From a virus (Duplodnaviria > Caudoviricetes): a stretch of 40,461 nt of DNA. The translations under genes and the position numbers were made by a program. The stretch is from IMG/VR virus record IMGVR_UViG_3300046055_000006, positions 1 through 40,461 of that record, one strand, 5' to 3'. The first letter of the stretch is position 1. Every line of letters starts with the position of its first letter. The notes below the pieces were generated by a model. That model saw only the letters and a list, made by a program, of their open reading frames with translations, had not been told where the DNA came from and searched no databases. Shown one piece after another: positions 23,724 to 33,861 of the stretch.

Positions 23724-26700
23724 TCAGATAAGCCTCCTCCTCAGCTTGACGAAGCAGTTTTTGTAGACTATCGTTCCGCCTACGAAGTTCTGCCTCCTGG
23801 CGCCTAGGTGTGGCTTGTTGGATGCCCAAAGGTGTAAGCCAGTTAAAAAGCTCTCTCCGCTTTTCTTGTCCTGATCGACCTTCATCAGCTAACCTGTAGG
23901 CTACACGAGAAGGAACAGTTTGATTAGCTAGGTACTCAACAGGATTATCAATCGGCGCACCTGTATAGGCGTCCTTACCCATAGCCGCCTCGATAGGCGC
24001 AGTAATGAATGGAGACGAGCTACTGAGTAAATCTTGCAAGGGACTCCCGGTTGTTCCACCGCCTAAGCGATTTAGGTCCGCTGTAGGCATCTGGAAAGTA
24101 GAAAAGGCAGGAGATTTATTATCGGTGATTCCAGCGATTTGCCCGATGTGGGTTCCACCCATCCCTTTGATCCAATGAGGAACAGCGTCGTCCATCCATG
24201 AAGTTTCACGCATTTCGTCTGTAGGCTCTTTGCCCATGCTCCTAGAAACCGCATCCTTCGCCTTGGGTAAGGCTGCCAACTTGCCCGGCTGCATGAACGC
24301 AGCTTCTAGCTGTAAAGGAATGTTCTTACGCATGAACGAATAGAAGGGTTGCGCGGTTTTGGCATACTTCTTCTCGAACGGCGTGAAATCACCGTAGTCA
24401 ATCAACCACTTACGAGTATCGGCTGCTGCATCGCTGGCTGCTTGATCGGCGATTTTATGTTTCTGGGAATTAGAAACAGGCCCCTGCTCGTCCATGTATT
24501 TTTTGAACTTATCAATAAAGTGAGCACCCCGAACCCAGTCTTCTCGTTTCTCGGAGAACTCTCTTACATTTTCTTCAAGCCTGGTAAATGGGTTCTTGCG
24601 AGCAGAAGCTGAGCCGAACTCCTCTCTAATGAAACCGGATTTAGCTCCTTTCTTGGAATAAAGGTTCCAGATTTCAGGGTAACTAAAATGCTGACCTCCG
24701 GCGCCAATTCCGCCTTCGCTGCCAGCGACCATTTTACCAGCACGGCGGTAGGATTCCGGGTTTTTTACCCCACCTAAGAATGAGTTAAAAGAGTCACCGA
24801 TCAAGTTTCTCAAGTGGTGAGTAGGGTTGAGAACCGTATTCACAAACTTCCAAGGGTTCTGTGCCTTGTTTACTGCCTCAAAAAACTTACCGAATTCCTC
24901 CGGATTCTTATAAAGCCTAGAAACACCTTCGATTGCGTCAGCTACCTGAGGCGGTACGTAAGTAGGGTGCTTGTCATTTTGAAGCGCTTCATGAGTTACC
25001 CGTTTAAAGCCCAGCCCACCTTTTCCATTAGGGCCCCGAGGTTTGACCATGTTAACTTGCTTAGACGTCTTAGGAGTAACTCCGTATTCATCAGCAGCAC
25101 GTCGAACGAAATCGTACTCGGAAATCTTCCGAACGTGGTCGGCTACACGTTTTGCCATGGCTTCGGAAACGTCTCTACTTACGTCAACACCTGCTTCCTG
25201 AGCTTCCTTGCCTGTCTGAAAAATACGCTTCTCAGCAGCTCCAAACTCACCAGGTTGCATGGCAGGTTCACGATTTTTTGCAAACTTCTTAGCCTGCCTC
25301 TGTCCTTTCGGTGTCAATACGTGATGCATGTAACCATCACGATATTGGTCAGGTGAAAGGATTCCATAGGCTTCCTCAAAATCAAACATCTGATCGTTCA
25401 TCCGCTTGATTTCGTGTTGGATTTCCCCTAGATCAACACCGTCCTTAGTCTTTTGGCCTGATAGGTCACTGTGAAACTTGTAATTACCCATCGCATCGGT
25501 GTAGCCACCATCTTCGATTGAGTCAAACAGGGCCCGACGTTGAGCATCAGTAGTTTTCTTAGTAAGGTTACGGAAACCTTTCATCAGACCCTCAAAATCC
25601 GCCGCTTCCGAACCATGAGCCTCACGTTGGAAACGCTTCAACTTGCCAGGCAGAACCGAAGAAGTTCGGAACGTCTCGTCCAGCCTTCTAACAGGCGGTG
25701 TCGAAGCAACTCGGTTTAGAGCTCCTGTAGCGGCGTCGTAAGCCCGCTTCGAGCCGAAGGTTTTCTTCCCAAACCGGATGCCCAGCTTCCCAGGGTTCTC
25801 AGCAAGTATCCGAGCCTTTTCTGCTTGAAAGGCGTCTCGTCCAGCTGCCCTTCTAGCGTTCTCGATTGCCTGGCTCCGAGTTGGCGCATTCTCTACGCCT
25901 GCGTCGATAGCCTGACGACGCTTAGCAAGCTCGTGAACCATCCTTGTTTGAGCATCTTTTGAGTGACGAGCTTTCAGGGAAGCACGCATCCCTGCGGCTT
26001 CCGCCGCTTCCTTGAAACCTTTTTTCATTAAACCCGCACCCGTGTAAGTAAGAGGATCAAGAAGAACATCCGCTGCAAATCCTACACCTGCTTCTGCTAC
26101 AGGGTGGTCGCCTGGGGTATCTTCTTTACTCAGTAAACGGGAGAAAGTTTCTTTATCCTTGCCCATGAAACCACTCTTAGCCCCTTGAACTGCTTCATCT
26201 ACAGAGCCAAACTGATCCAGTAACCTTTGAGGCAATGAAGTTTCCTCTTGATAAGCAAGATCAGAGGCCCGGTCCTTAGAAACATCTACACCTTCAGAGG
26301 CTAACTGCTGACGTTCCTGCTGAATTCTTTCCTGATTGTTTTCAGCCCAGTTAGCAGACCGCTCTTGCTCCTCGTTCATAAAACGTTCTGCGCCTTCGGC
26401 TACAGCGTAAAGTGGCCGAGAAAGCACGTCAAAGGTCTCCATGAGGAGACTTTGATCGCCACGTTTTTCAGCGTCATTAATTTCAGGTTGCTCGGGCGGT
26501 TCAACCCCACGAGTTCTTAATTCGTTTCTAGCTCTTTGGTTTTGACGCCTAAGCCCTGATTTTACAGTGGACTCCATAGCATCGTTTGTTTGCTCGAAGC
26601 GCTCCTTCATGTAGTCACTGCGGACTATGTTATCGTAGGCTTCTTTCTTTCTTTGTTTTTCTTCAGAATAATCTTCATCCCAAGGGTTCCACCAAGCCAT
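23710..26700 (-). CDS. Putative large internal virion (ejection) protein
   Basis: 996 aa in the ejectosome position; DVLLDPLTY motif; C-terminal PFYSFMRKNIP and P..DL motifs recall large phage internal proteins. Confidence 0.65.
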   Translation of the reverse strand: MAWWNPWDEDYSEEKQRKKEAYDNIVRSDYMKERFEQTNDAMESTVKSGLRRQNQRARNELRTRGVEPPEQPEINDAEKRGDQSLLMETFDVLSRPLYAVAEGAERFMNEEQERSANWAENNQERIQQERQQLASEGVDVSKDRASDLAYQEETSLPQRLLDQFGSVDEAVQGAKSGFMGKDKETFSRLLSKEDTPGDHPVAEAGVGFAADVLLDPLTYTGAGLMKKGFKEAAEAAGMRASLKARHSKDAQTRMVHELAKRRQAIDAGVENAPTRSQAIENARRAAGRDAFQAEKARILAENPGKLGIRFGKKTFGSKRAYDAATGALNRVASTPPVRRLDETFRTSSVLPGKLKRFQREAHGSEAADFEGLMKGFRNLTKKTTDAQRRALFDSIEDGGYTDAMGNYKFHSDLSGQKTKDGVDLGEIQHEIKRMNDQMFDFEEAYGILSPDQYRDGYMHHVLTPKGQRQAKKFAKNREPAMQPGEFGAAEKRIFQTGKEAQEAGVDVSRDVSEAMAKRVADHVRKISEYDFVRRAADEYGVTPKTSKQVNMVKPRGPNGKGGLGFKRVTHEALQNDKHPTYVPPQVADAIEGVSRLYKNPEEFGKFFEAVNKAQNPWKFVNTVLNPTHHLRNLIGDSFNSFLGGVKNPESYRRAGKMVAGSEGGIGAGGQHFSYPEIWNLYSKKGAKSGFIREEFGSASARKNPFTRLEENVREFSEKREDWVRGAHFIDKFKKYMDEQGPVSNSQKHKIADQAASDAAADTRKWLIDYGDFTPFEKKYAKTAQPFYSFMRKNIPLQLEAAFMQPGKLAALPKAKDAVSRSMGKEPTDEMRETSWMDDAVPHWIKGMGGTHIGQIAGITDNKSPAFSTFQMPTADLNRLGGGTTGSPLQDLLSSSSPFITAPIEAAMGKDAYTGAPIDNPVEYLANQTVPSRVAYRLADEGRSGQEKRRELFNWLTPLGIQQATPRRQEAELRRRNDSLQKLLRQAEEEAYLNGSQ

Positions 26701-29186
26701 TAGAAGTTCCCTTCCATAATGTTGAAGCCTCTAATCAGTTCCTTTTGAGAGATGCCCTCAGGAAGATCATTCTCCTCAGCCTTCTGCTTAACAGCCGCCA
26801 TAAAGGCTTCCTCTACAGAATGAGCATTACCAGCTCGTTCCTTGGTTTTAGCAACGTTATACATGTCCTCCACGATTGTGGAATAATCATCAGGCAAGTT
26901 TGCCCGTTTCGTATAAGCCTGTAGACCAGAAACTCCAGAGAGATTTTCTCCACCTGAATCTTCACCGGGAAGCTGTCCCACAGGGTTCTCCGGCGGAATA
27001 AAGGTTTCTCCTGTAGGTGGTCCGAACCCAAACCTTCCTCGCCAATCAATTCCTGGTCCGTAATTAACCGTAGTACCACGACGCTGGTTTTCTTGTCTAC
27101 GAAACTTAGGATCAATCTTCGCTAGTTCTTCAGCAGCTTGTTCTCGCTTTAGCTTTGCGGCAATAGTGTCCTTCTGACTAGTCATTTTATCAACTTCAGC
27201 ATTAAGCCTACGAATCTCAGCTCTGAGTTTTTCCTTCTTAAGGGCCATGTTATCTTCTTCCATGGCCATATTAAAGCGATCCGTGGCTTTCTTCCAATCG
27301 AACTTATCAGTCTTAAACTGACGCTCAAAAGCTGAATTCAGTTTCTTGAGGTCCAGCTTCTCCCTGGAAATGTTACGCTCAAAGGCCGAGTTAAGTTTCT
27401 CCAAATTAAGTTTTTCCTTTTCAAGCCCAAACTGCTTCTCGAACTTCTCCTTCTCGAAGCCGAATTTTTGCTCTTGCAGACCCATCTCTCTGAGCTTCAT
27501 CTGCATGTTGAAGCGTTGAAGCTCTTTAGACAGGGCGTCTAGTTTCTCCTGCCGGTTACGGCTCCAATCCTTTTCCTCAACTTTGTTATAGGCTTCCCGT
27601 AGCGCTTCGCCTCTAATCTGTTGCAGATCAGCAAGTTTCCCTTGCTGCTCGTAGATTTGCTCACTAGCTCGATTAACCGCGTCGATCACACCTTGCTGAG
27701 CTTTGCTACGAATATCCGAGACGTTCTGCATCTTGTTAAACAGCATTTCAGAAACGTCTCGTTGCAGCTTCGTATTAAGCTGATGAACGTTCCCAGCAAC
27801 TTCCTTTGCCAGGTCGGCCCGGCGCTTCGCTCCTAGCTGAGCAGCATCGTCTACAGCGCCCTCAGCGAGCGCTTCCTGGTCCGCACCCCACTTAGACAGG
27901 TTCTCTACAGCCCTAGCCGAGGTCTGGGCGATGTTGGCAGACTGATCCTCCGCCTCCTGCTGGATTTCCTCAAGCTCGGGGCTGGCACCTGCTGATAGGC
28001 CGAGACGCTTTGCATCTTCAGCTAAGGCCGCCTTTTCTTCTTCACTAGCAGAGACCGTGGCCTTTGCTGCGTCGTCGTAGGCCTGTTTTACTTCCTCCTT
28101 TGCGTCTGAGTAGATTTTCTCAGTATCTTCTGCACCCTCTTGAAGTTTGGACTCCAAATTTCCGTAGACCTCACCGAGGCGCTTATCGAGCAGAGCACTA
28201 AAAGCTTGTTCCTCAGCAACTTTCTGCTGGTTTATGCCTTTAAGCTGCTCCATTCGGTAGTCAGCTTCTCGGTTGATTGCATCAATATCATCCTGAGCGA
28301 TGTTGCGGATTTTCTCAACTTCTTGCTGACCCTGTCGACGGGTGCGGCCAATGAGACGTTCTAAAGCATTTTCCTGAGGATTGAATTCCCTAGCAACTTG
28401 ATCGGCTGCCCGTTGGTGAATGTCAGAGTAACCATACCCTGTTCGCTTGAAGTAGTTCTTAGCCCGATCAAGGGGCATCCCTTCATTGACAACCTTGTTG
28501 ACCATGCCAACTAAGGAACTATCCTTGACAGAACCGAACGTATTCTCAATGGTGCTTCTCAGTTCCTTAGTAACCTCAGGATCTTGAGAAAGAACATCGT
28601 CATAAAGCCGCTCAGGGATAGCCCCGGTAAGTGGCTTCCCCCATTCTGAAACACCGACTCGTTTACCTGTAACTGGGGATTTAGGTTTCTGATCCCCATA
28701 AATTCTCGTAGCCCCGTATCTACCTACAGGGCTCTCTGTTGAACCAGTTGGAGATTGCGTCCCGGTAGAGGGATCACCCGGTGGAAGTAAACGACTCGTA
28801 GGCGAATCATCCTGGTTGGGAAAATCTATTCCAGGCATTGGAAGCGGACTACCCTGACCCGCAGAAGTACCCTTACTTGACGGAGCAGGGGTTTGTGTAA
28901 GAGATTCGTCAATCCCCGCATTTAGTGCAGGAAATTGACGACTCGTAGGTTGTGATGAATGATCCATACGCCGAAAATTCGGAGTAGACTCGGCAATTTG
29001 ATCTGTATCAGAATCGCTTTGAGGCTGAAAAGGATACCTTCTCTTAGGTTTCCCTTCAAAAGCAAAGTTGTCAGAACTAACCCGGTTTTGTCTATCCTTG
29101 TAGGATAGAGCCTGGTCCTGGCCGATCAGGTTGACGCGTTTCTGTTGGCGCTTCTGTCGGCGTTTGGCCGCGTTGCTGTAGGGCAT
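26700..29186 (-). CDS. Putative internal virion protein with long coiled coil
   Basis: 828 aa; Pro/Ser-rich N-terminus, helical core, EKFGLEKEKL and 18-aa KLNSAFER repeats. Confidence 0.65.
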   Translation of the reverse strand: MPYSNAAKRRQKRQQKRVNLIGQDQALSYKDRQNRVSSDNFAFEGKPKRRYPFQPQSDSDTDQIAESTPNFRRMDHSSQPTSRQFPALNAGIDESLTQTPAPSSKGTSAGQGSPLPMPGIDFPNQDDSPTSRLLPPGDPSTGTQSPTGSTESPVGRYGATRIYGDQKPKSPVTGKRVGVSEWGKPLTGAIPERLYDDVLSQDPEVTKELRSTIENTFGSVKDSSLVGMVNKVVNEGMPLDRAKNYFKRTGYGYSDIHQRAADQVAREFNPQENALERLIGRTRRQGQQEVEKIRNIAQDDIDAINREADYRMEQLKGINQQKVAEEQAFSALLDKRLGEVYGNLESKLQEGAEDTEKIYSDAKEEVKQAYDDAAKATVSASEEEKAALAEDAKRLGLSAGASPELEEIQQEAEDQSANIAQTSARAVENLSKWGADQEALAEGAVDDAAQLGAKRRADLAKEVAGNVHQLNTKLQRDVSEMLFNKMQNVSDIRSKAQQGVIDAVNRASEQIYEQQGKLADLQQIRGEALREAYNKVEEKDWSRNRQEKLDALSKELQRFNMQMKLREMGLQEQKFGFEKEKFEKQFGLEKEKLNLEKLNSAFERNISREKLDLKKLNSAFERQFKTDKFDWKKATDRFNMAMEEDNMALKKEKLRAEIRRLNAEVDKMTSQKDTIAAKLKREQAAEELAKIDPKFRRQENQRRGTTVNYGPGIDWRGRFGFGPPTGETFIPPENPVGQLPGEDSGGENLSGVSGLQAYTKRANLPDDYSTIVEDMYNVAKTKERAGNAHSVEEAFMAAVKQKAEENDLPEGISQKELIRGFNIMEGNF

Positions 29187-29379
29187 CAGGGTACCTGAAC
29201 TCTCCTGTAGGGGTCAGTTGAGGTTGTAGGGCTTTCAGCCGTTCTTCGGTTTTTCTTTGTTTTTGTTGCTGTTGTTGCTGTTGTTGGAATTCCTGTTTTT
29301 GGATTTGTTCTTGCGGGCTCGGTTGCTGACCTTGTTTGCTTTGCAACCTTCGCCTAGCGGCGTCCTGTTGAGGCAACAC
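29092..29379 (-). CDS. Gln-rich hypothetical protein
   Basis: AAGGA RBS and GTG start; overlaps the next gene by 95 nt. Confidence 0.5.
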   Translation of the reverse strand: MLPQQDAARRRLQSKQGQQPSPQEQIQKQEFQQQQQQQQKQRKTEERLKALQPQLTPTGEFRYPDALQQRGQTPTEAPTETRQPDRPGPGSILQG

Positions 29380-29386
29380 TTAATCC

Positions 29387-30556
29387 TTAAATCAGAGTTC
29401 GACGCTGTCTTTTGTTCTTGTCTTTTTGCTTCTGTCTGCGATTCGCAGCATTGACACGTCCACCTGGTGGGATTTGCATGTCTGGGGAAGTGTTTGGAAT
29501 TTCCGTACCAATTGATCCTGGTGGGTTAGTGGTTTTAACTTTCTCTTTCTGCTGAGCATGATCCGCAGAACCGGGGAAAGTAGTGTTCTCGTTTTCCTTA
29601 CTAGGTTGACTAGGCTGAGGCTCAACGTGGGGAGGTTCGTTCGTCCCTTCCATGCCTTCCATGACCTGCTGTTGCCGCTGTCGGCGTAGCTCCTCACGCA
29701 TCTGCTCACGGTGCTCCTGGCGAGCCTGAGCGCGTTCCTGTTCTCGTTGTCTCCTGGCTTCGGCCCGTTGCTTCGCACGCTCGGCTGCTGCTCTACGGGC
29801 TGCGGCTCGGGCACGTTGCCGAGCCAGGCGTCGTTCACGCTGTCTCTCTCGCTCTGCCCGTTTCTGCTCGGCCGTCTCCTTGCCTGTTTGAATTTCATTG
29901 TATTTACCGGCGAAGCGGTTCTCAAGCTCTGTCAGAGTATTAGCCCGATTTTCCTCAAGACGACCTTTAGCTTGAGTATAATCCTCAGAAAGGTCGCCTC
30001 TTTCACCCGTATAGATACCAGACCGAAGGATGCCCTGATTAGTTAACTTATTGGTGAGGTCTTCTTGAGCTTCTTGCTGTTGTTCTTCTAGGTCTTCGGC
30101 TTGCCGATTAAATTTCTGCTTCGTAGTGGCCTTGGCTTGTCGTTCCTTGGCTTGAAGGTTGCTTTTACGACGGTTAAGGGATCGCATTGTGTTTTCATAA
30201 TTTTGATCGAAGTTGGGCTGGTAGTCGGACATATCTTCAAGCGCGGACTCTACCACGCTTCCGAAATCAATGGCCCCCGTAATGTCTGGCTGGGAATAGG
30301 GCTGCGAACTTTCGGATGGAGTACCTCCGCCTAAACCGCCAAAGCTAGCCATTTGATAGTTGTTCTGTCTGCCAGGGCCCATATCAGCGTTTCGAGTGTT
30401 GGGACTGTAGTTGCCCTGACCGCCTACAGAGTTATTCGTTCCACCACCGTAGACGTTGTTCCCACGGGCAAATCTGCCTTGGGTAGAACGAGAATCCTGA
30501 AAGTTTTCGCTAAGTTTCGAGTTACGACGTTTCATTGAGTCTAAACTAAACGGCAT
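29387..30556 (-). CDS. Putative internal virion protein
   Basis: GGAAGGA RBS; coiled coil with L..QG.LRSG motif and an R/A/E-rich helix. Confidence 0.65.
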   Translation of the reverse strand: MPFSLDSMKRRNSKLSENFQDSRSTQGRFARGNNVYGGGTNNSVGGQGNYSPNTRNADMGPGRQNNYQMASFGGLGGGTPSESSQPYSQPDITGAIDFGSVVESALEDMSDYQPNFDQNYENTMRSLNRRKSNLQAKERQAKATTKQKFNRQAEDLEEQQQEAQEDLTNKLTNQGILRSGIYTGERGDLSEDYTQAKGRLEENRANTLTELENRFAGKYNEIQTGKETAEQKRAERERQRERRLARQRARAAARRAAAERAKQRAEARRQREQERAQARQEHREQMREELRRQRQQQVMEGMEGTNEPPHVEPQPSQPSKENENTTFPGSADHAQQKEKVKTTNPPGSIGTEIPNTSPDMQIPPGGRVNAANRRQKQKDKNKRQRRTLI

Positions 30557-30570
30557 TGTCTGGTCCTTCC

Positions 30571-31347
30571 TTACGTGCCGATAATCACTAATAGGTTCAT
30601 AAAGAATGGCCGGTTCTCGAAACTTGAACCTCCACCTTCATTGTCAATATCATGGTTGTGACTACCACCCCCGTCAGTGTATCCATGGCTGTGACCGCCT
30701 CCGGTATACACATTTATACTATGGTCATGGGAAACATCATCAGTATAGTAATCAGAGTCGGGTTGATAAACCCCATCGTATGAACCGCCACTATCATACT
30801 GAACCGGACCAAACCCGTCGGCTATAACTACATCTTTAGTGCTGCCTGGATTTAGTCTATGATTATGGTTGTCACTTCCAATATTTGCACCGTGATCGTG
30901 GTCACCTACTGAATCGGTACCATGTTGGTGACCGCCTCCGGAATCTGTATTACCATGATCATGAGCAGGCATTTCACTACGGCTCAAGGTTTGGTCGTCT
31001 GTTCCTGCTGTGTCAGAGACCCAGTTAGAATTGGTAGTACCTCTAAGGACGGTAGAATGAAGATCGGGCACATTGAAAGTGCTACTACCATCTCCGTTTC
31101 CGTAGAGGGTACCAATTACGTTAAACAGAGCCGAATATTCATCCCTGCTAACGGCCTGTCCATCAGCTAATAACCAACCCTCTGGGACGGAAGTTCCCGC
31201 AAACGTTCGGATTACTCCTGTCTTTCCTGAATCAAGCCTCGACGAAAGCCTTAGAAAAGCCTCTCGGATTCGCTGAAAATTTTTATCAGCCCAAGACAGG
31301 ATTCCAGAACCCCCTACAGGAGCAGGAATCAGATCAAGCTCAGGCAA
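30571..31347 (-). CDS. Tail fibre with tail-collar domain and seven HxH motifs
   Basis: FAG..VPEGWLLADGQAVSR.EY..LF.VIGT.YG.GDGSSTFNVPDL collar; HxH repeats; ENRPFF...II C-terminus. Confidence 0.9.
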   Translation of the reverse strand: MPELDLIPAPVGGSGILSWADKNFQRIREAFLRLSSRLDSGKTGVIRTFAGTSVPEGWLLADGQAVSRDEYSALFNVIGTLYGNGDGSSTFNVPDLHSTVLRGTTNSNWVSDTAGTDDQTLSRSEMPAHDHGNTDSGGGHQHGTDSVGDHDHGANIGSDNHNHRLNPGSTKDVVIADGFGPVQYDSGGSYDGVYQPDSDYYTDDVSHDHSINVYTGGGHSHGYTDGGGSHNHDIDNEGGGSSFENRPFFMNLLVIIGT

Positions 31348-32794
31348 CCTGTTCCACCCATTCTGATTTCGGTTGCACCACTAACTCACACGAAAAGAAA
31401 GAAAACGACTGGTCTGAAGTTTCCCTAAGTTCTAGCTGCAAACGGTTAAAGTATCCCGGACCTCTGAGCTTGATTCTGCGTGAGTCTCCGGTTGTCGGGG
31501 CTGGTGCCGATCTGCTTAACAAGGTGTTCTCAGTAATCGCGTCCAACACTAAGTTATTACCCTTCTTTACAAGAAGGGTGAATAATTTGCCACGCTTAAC
31601 TAAGTTAAATGCATCAAAATCGGTTTCTTTCGTCTTGAAACTACAGGTAATGGGGTTACCCAAATCGGTTTCTGTAGCTCCCTGAGCGGGCAGGAAGTAG
31701 AGCCCTGGGTTACCTTCCTCACTTGCGTACAACCCTTTGGAAAAGTTAGAACCGCCGAAAAAGTATGTAAAAAACGAAGGAGTATAATTAGCAGGTGAAA
31801 ACTCAGCCCAACCATCTACATCGTAAAAGTATTTGTAGTAGATCGTGCCACTAGAGGTTTCGATTGCTACCAGCAGGTAATCCTCAACATCGACTAAGTA
31901 ATCGTAAACGGGGGTATCCCGAGCGATGTTGATGTTTAGCTCTTTTTCTTGAAAAATTGGCCTAATCGGGATGCTAAGCTCCTCAAAAGAAGTGAAATCA
32001 GTTCTGTAGACCCCGTCTAAAGAAATGAAGTAAACTTGCTCTTTATGCTGCTGTAGAGCGTACTTACCTACGCAGCCGATCCGATCATTTACTTGTCTTA
32101 GTGACCAATCCGCTGGATCAGCTTCAATATGAAGTGCCCAAATGGACGTTTTCTTAAAGATGAAAACCACGTCCGTATAAGGGACCATATTGACTAGAAC
32201 ATCTCCATCACCAGGAGAAACATCAATAAAATTAGTGCTGGGCCAAGACGTAGGTTTCCCTGGTTCCGAAAAATAAAGTCGATTTTCTCGTCCGTCATGG
32301 TCAAACTCCCCGTTTAAGGCAAAGATACGATCCTTAAAAACAATCCCAAAACTAGCCTCAGGAGAGCCTGAAATCACATTAGTGACACTAGGACTCTGAG
32401 TAGAATCGTACTCGATCATAGTGCCGTTACGTTGAAAGAAGTAATATTTATTGTAATACTGAAGGCCGTACTCAGTACCTGGACGACCTAGATTGATTTC
32501 CGACCAATTGACTCCGTCAGTGGTTTCCCAGGCATCTTCATTGGAATGGACTATAAACTTCTCAAAATCAGAAGTTCGATAGAAACCCATAATATCCCGT
32601 TCATAGCCTGTAGGAAGGTCAGCTTCGTCGCCGAAGCTGTCGAAACCTTTGCGCTTAGTAAGTTCTCCACCTACGTTTAAATCGAAATTCTTGCACTCAA
32701 CGAGTTCTTCGTTGCCAAGAGCATAGGGTTCCTGGTTCAGGTTCAGGGATTTAAACCCTGTAAACCTTGACAGAGAATCACCAGGCGCAGTCAA
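31340..32794 (-). CDS. Tail nozzle / tubular protein B (P22 gp10/T7 gp12-like beta-propeller)
   Basis: N-terminal G.L.KRKG, DRIF, RLYFSEPG.P.SW, VFIFKK.SIW; position after the adaptor. Confidence 0.75.
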   Translation of the reverse strand: MTAPGDSLSRFTGFKSLNLNQEPYALGNEELVECKNFDLNVGGELTKRKGFDSFGDEADLPTGYERDIMGFYRTSDFEKFIVHSNEDAWETTDGVNWSEINLGRPGTEYGLQYYNKYYFFQRNGTMIEYDSTQSPSVTNVISGSPEASFGIVFKDRIFALNGEFDHDGRENRLYFSEPGKPTSWPSTNFIDVSPGDGDVLVNMVPYTDVVFIFKKTSIWALHIEADPADWSLRQVNDRIGCVGKYALQQHKEQVYFISLDGVYRTDFTSFEELSIPIRPIFQEKELNINIARDTPVYDYLVDVEDYLLVAIETSSGTIYYKYFYDVDGWAEFSPANYTPSFFTYFFGGSNFSKGLYASEEGNPGLYFLPAQGATETDLGNPITCSFKTKETDFDAFNLVKRGKLFTLLVKKGNNLVLDAITENTLLSRSAPAPTTGDSRRIKLRGPGYFNRLQLELRETSDQSFSFFSCELVVQPKSEWVEQVA

Positions 32795-33426
32795 CCTTCA
32801 TCTCCTGGTAGGGCTCTTACAGCAGGGAAACTGTCTGCTTGTTGCACATGGGAGTCATGGATTGACTGATAGAGTCGGTTGTTGTAGTCTTTATCCAACG
32901 CCATGGCAGCTTCCCAGTCCTCGTCTAATTCCTTTGCCTTGCCTAAGGCGTAACGGACTAACTCCTCATGCATGTAAGAGGGAATCTCGGGCACATCTGA
33001 ATCGTTCACCAGGGTAGGCGGTTCTTTAATGAAGAAAACCTTGATCTGTTGTCCTGCTTGAGCGGAGGTAGGCGTAGGAAAGAAGTTGATTTCCCGCTCA
33101 CCCCAAATGAAATAATACTCAGGTTCACCTTTGTGAGTCTTATGTCGATAAAGGTCGTCCAGCCCTTGTTGGCTTACGAAATCAAGCACCCGATCATTAC
33201 TCTGGTTGATTACTCGCTCAACGCGAATGAAGATGAAACTAAGCGGGTATTCTTGCCTGTCTGCCTGTAGAGAAACAACTTGAGCAGTCTTAAGGATTTC
33301 AGTTTTCCGAGCAATATCCAACTGCGCGTTGTTGATCCACTTATCTACTTCACCAGGAGGCAGGCGAACGTTACCTACGTCACCGAATAGAAAAGTAACC
33401 TGACCTCGTAACTCACCTAGGTTCAA
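32791..33426 (-). CDS. Head-tail adaptor / tubular protein A
   Basis: M.L.ELR...WINNAQ.DI, EYPL, G.PEYY, FPTP, D.PEIP..H..LV.YA pattern. Confidence 0.75.
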   Translation of the reverse strand: MNLGELRGQVTFLFGDVGNVRLPPGEVDKWINNAQLDIARKTEILKTAQVVSLQADRQEYPLSFIFIRVERVINQSNDRVLDFVSQQGLDDLYRHKTHKGEPEYYFIWGEREINFFPTPTSAQAGQQIKVFFIKEPPTLVNDSDVPEIPSYMHEELVRYALGKAKELDEDWEAAMALDKDYNNRLYQSIHDSHVQQADSFPAVRALPGDEG

Positions 33427-33465
33427 TCTAACTAAACCTTAAACTTGACTAGCTATCTCCAGGGT

Positions 33466-33858
33466 TCATGCTTTAAACTTGACTAGCTGTCCTCTTTCGT
33501 TTCTGTAGCGATATGTATCTTTGGAAGATTTGACGATTGATCCAACAAGTTCTCGATCTGCCTCTGCTCGATCCTCGTAACGGCGTCGCTCACGTCGTCT
33601 GGCAGCCTCATTCGTCTTATCAAGGCCAAGTAGAACGTCGCGTTTTTGATTGTCAGCCGCAGCGACCCTTCTAATAACGTTATCATCAAGTTGCCAGGCG
33701 TAGAAAACAGTTCTTTCTTCACCATCGGCACAAACCTCGACAATTCGGAAGGGGGGATCGCCGACCGAGGGAGCACCCTCGAAATACTGCACCTTTAAGT
33801 TACTGTCGTAAGCTTGCAGCTTGTCGACGATCCCTAAAACATCTTCCTCAACTAGCAA
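33466..33858 (-). CDS. Hypothetical protein between capsid and adaptor
   Basis: GAGGA RBS with TTG start immediately after the capsid stop. Confidence 0.65.
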   Translation of the reverse strand: MLVEEDVLGIVDKLQAYDSNLKVQYFEGAPSVGDPPFRIVEVCADGEERTVFYAWQLDDNVIRRVAAADNQKRDVLLGLDKTNEAARRRERRRYEDRAEADRELVGSIVKSSKDTYRYRNERGQLVKFKA

Positions 33859-33861
33859 AAA

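Noticed and set aside
27320-27480. 54-nt period repeat in the 828-aa gene as a DNA element
   Set aside because: Conserved at the protein level (EKL.L.KLNSAFER) with silent divergence; an ordinary coiled-coil duplication.
29092-29379. Programmed frameshift fusing the Gln-rich ORF to the 828-aa protein
   Set aside because: Only about 9 open codons precede the downstream ATG, no slippery sequence was found, and the downstream gene has a plausible start of its own.
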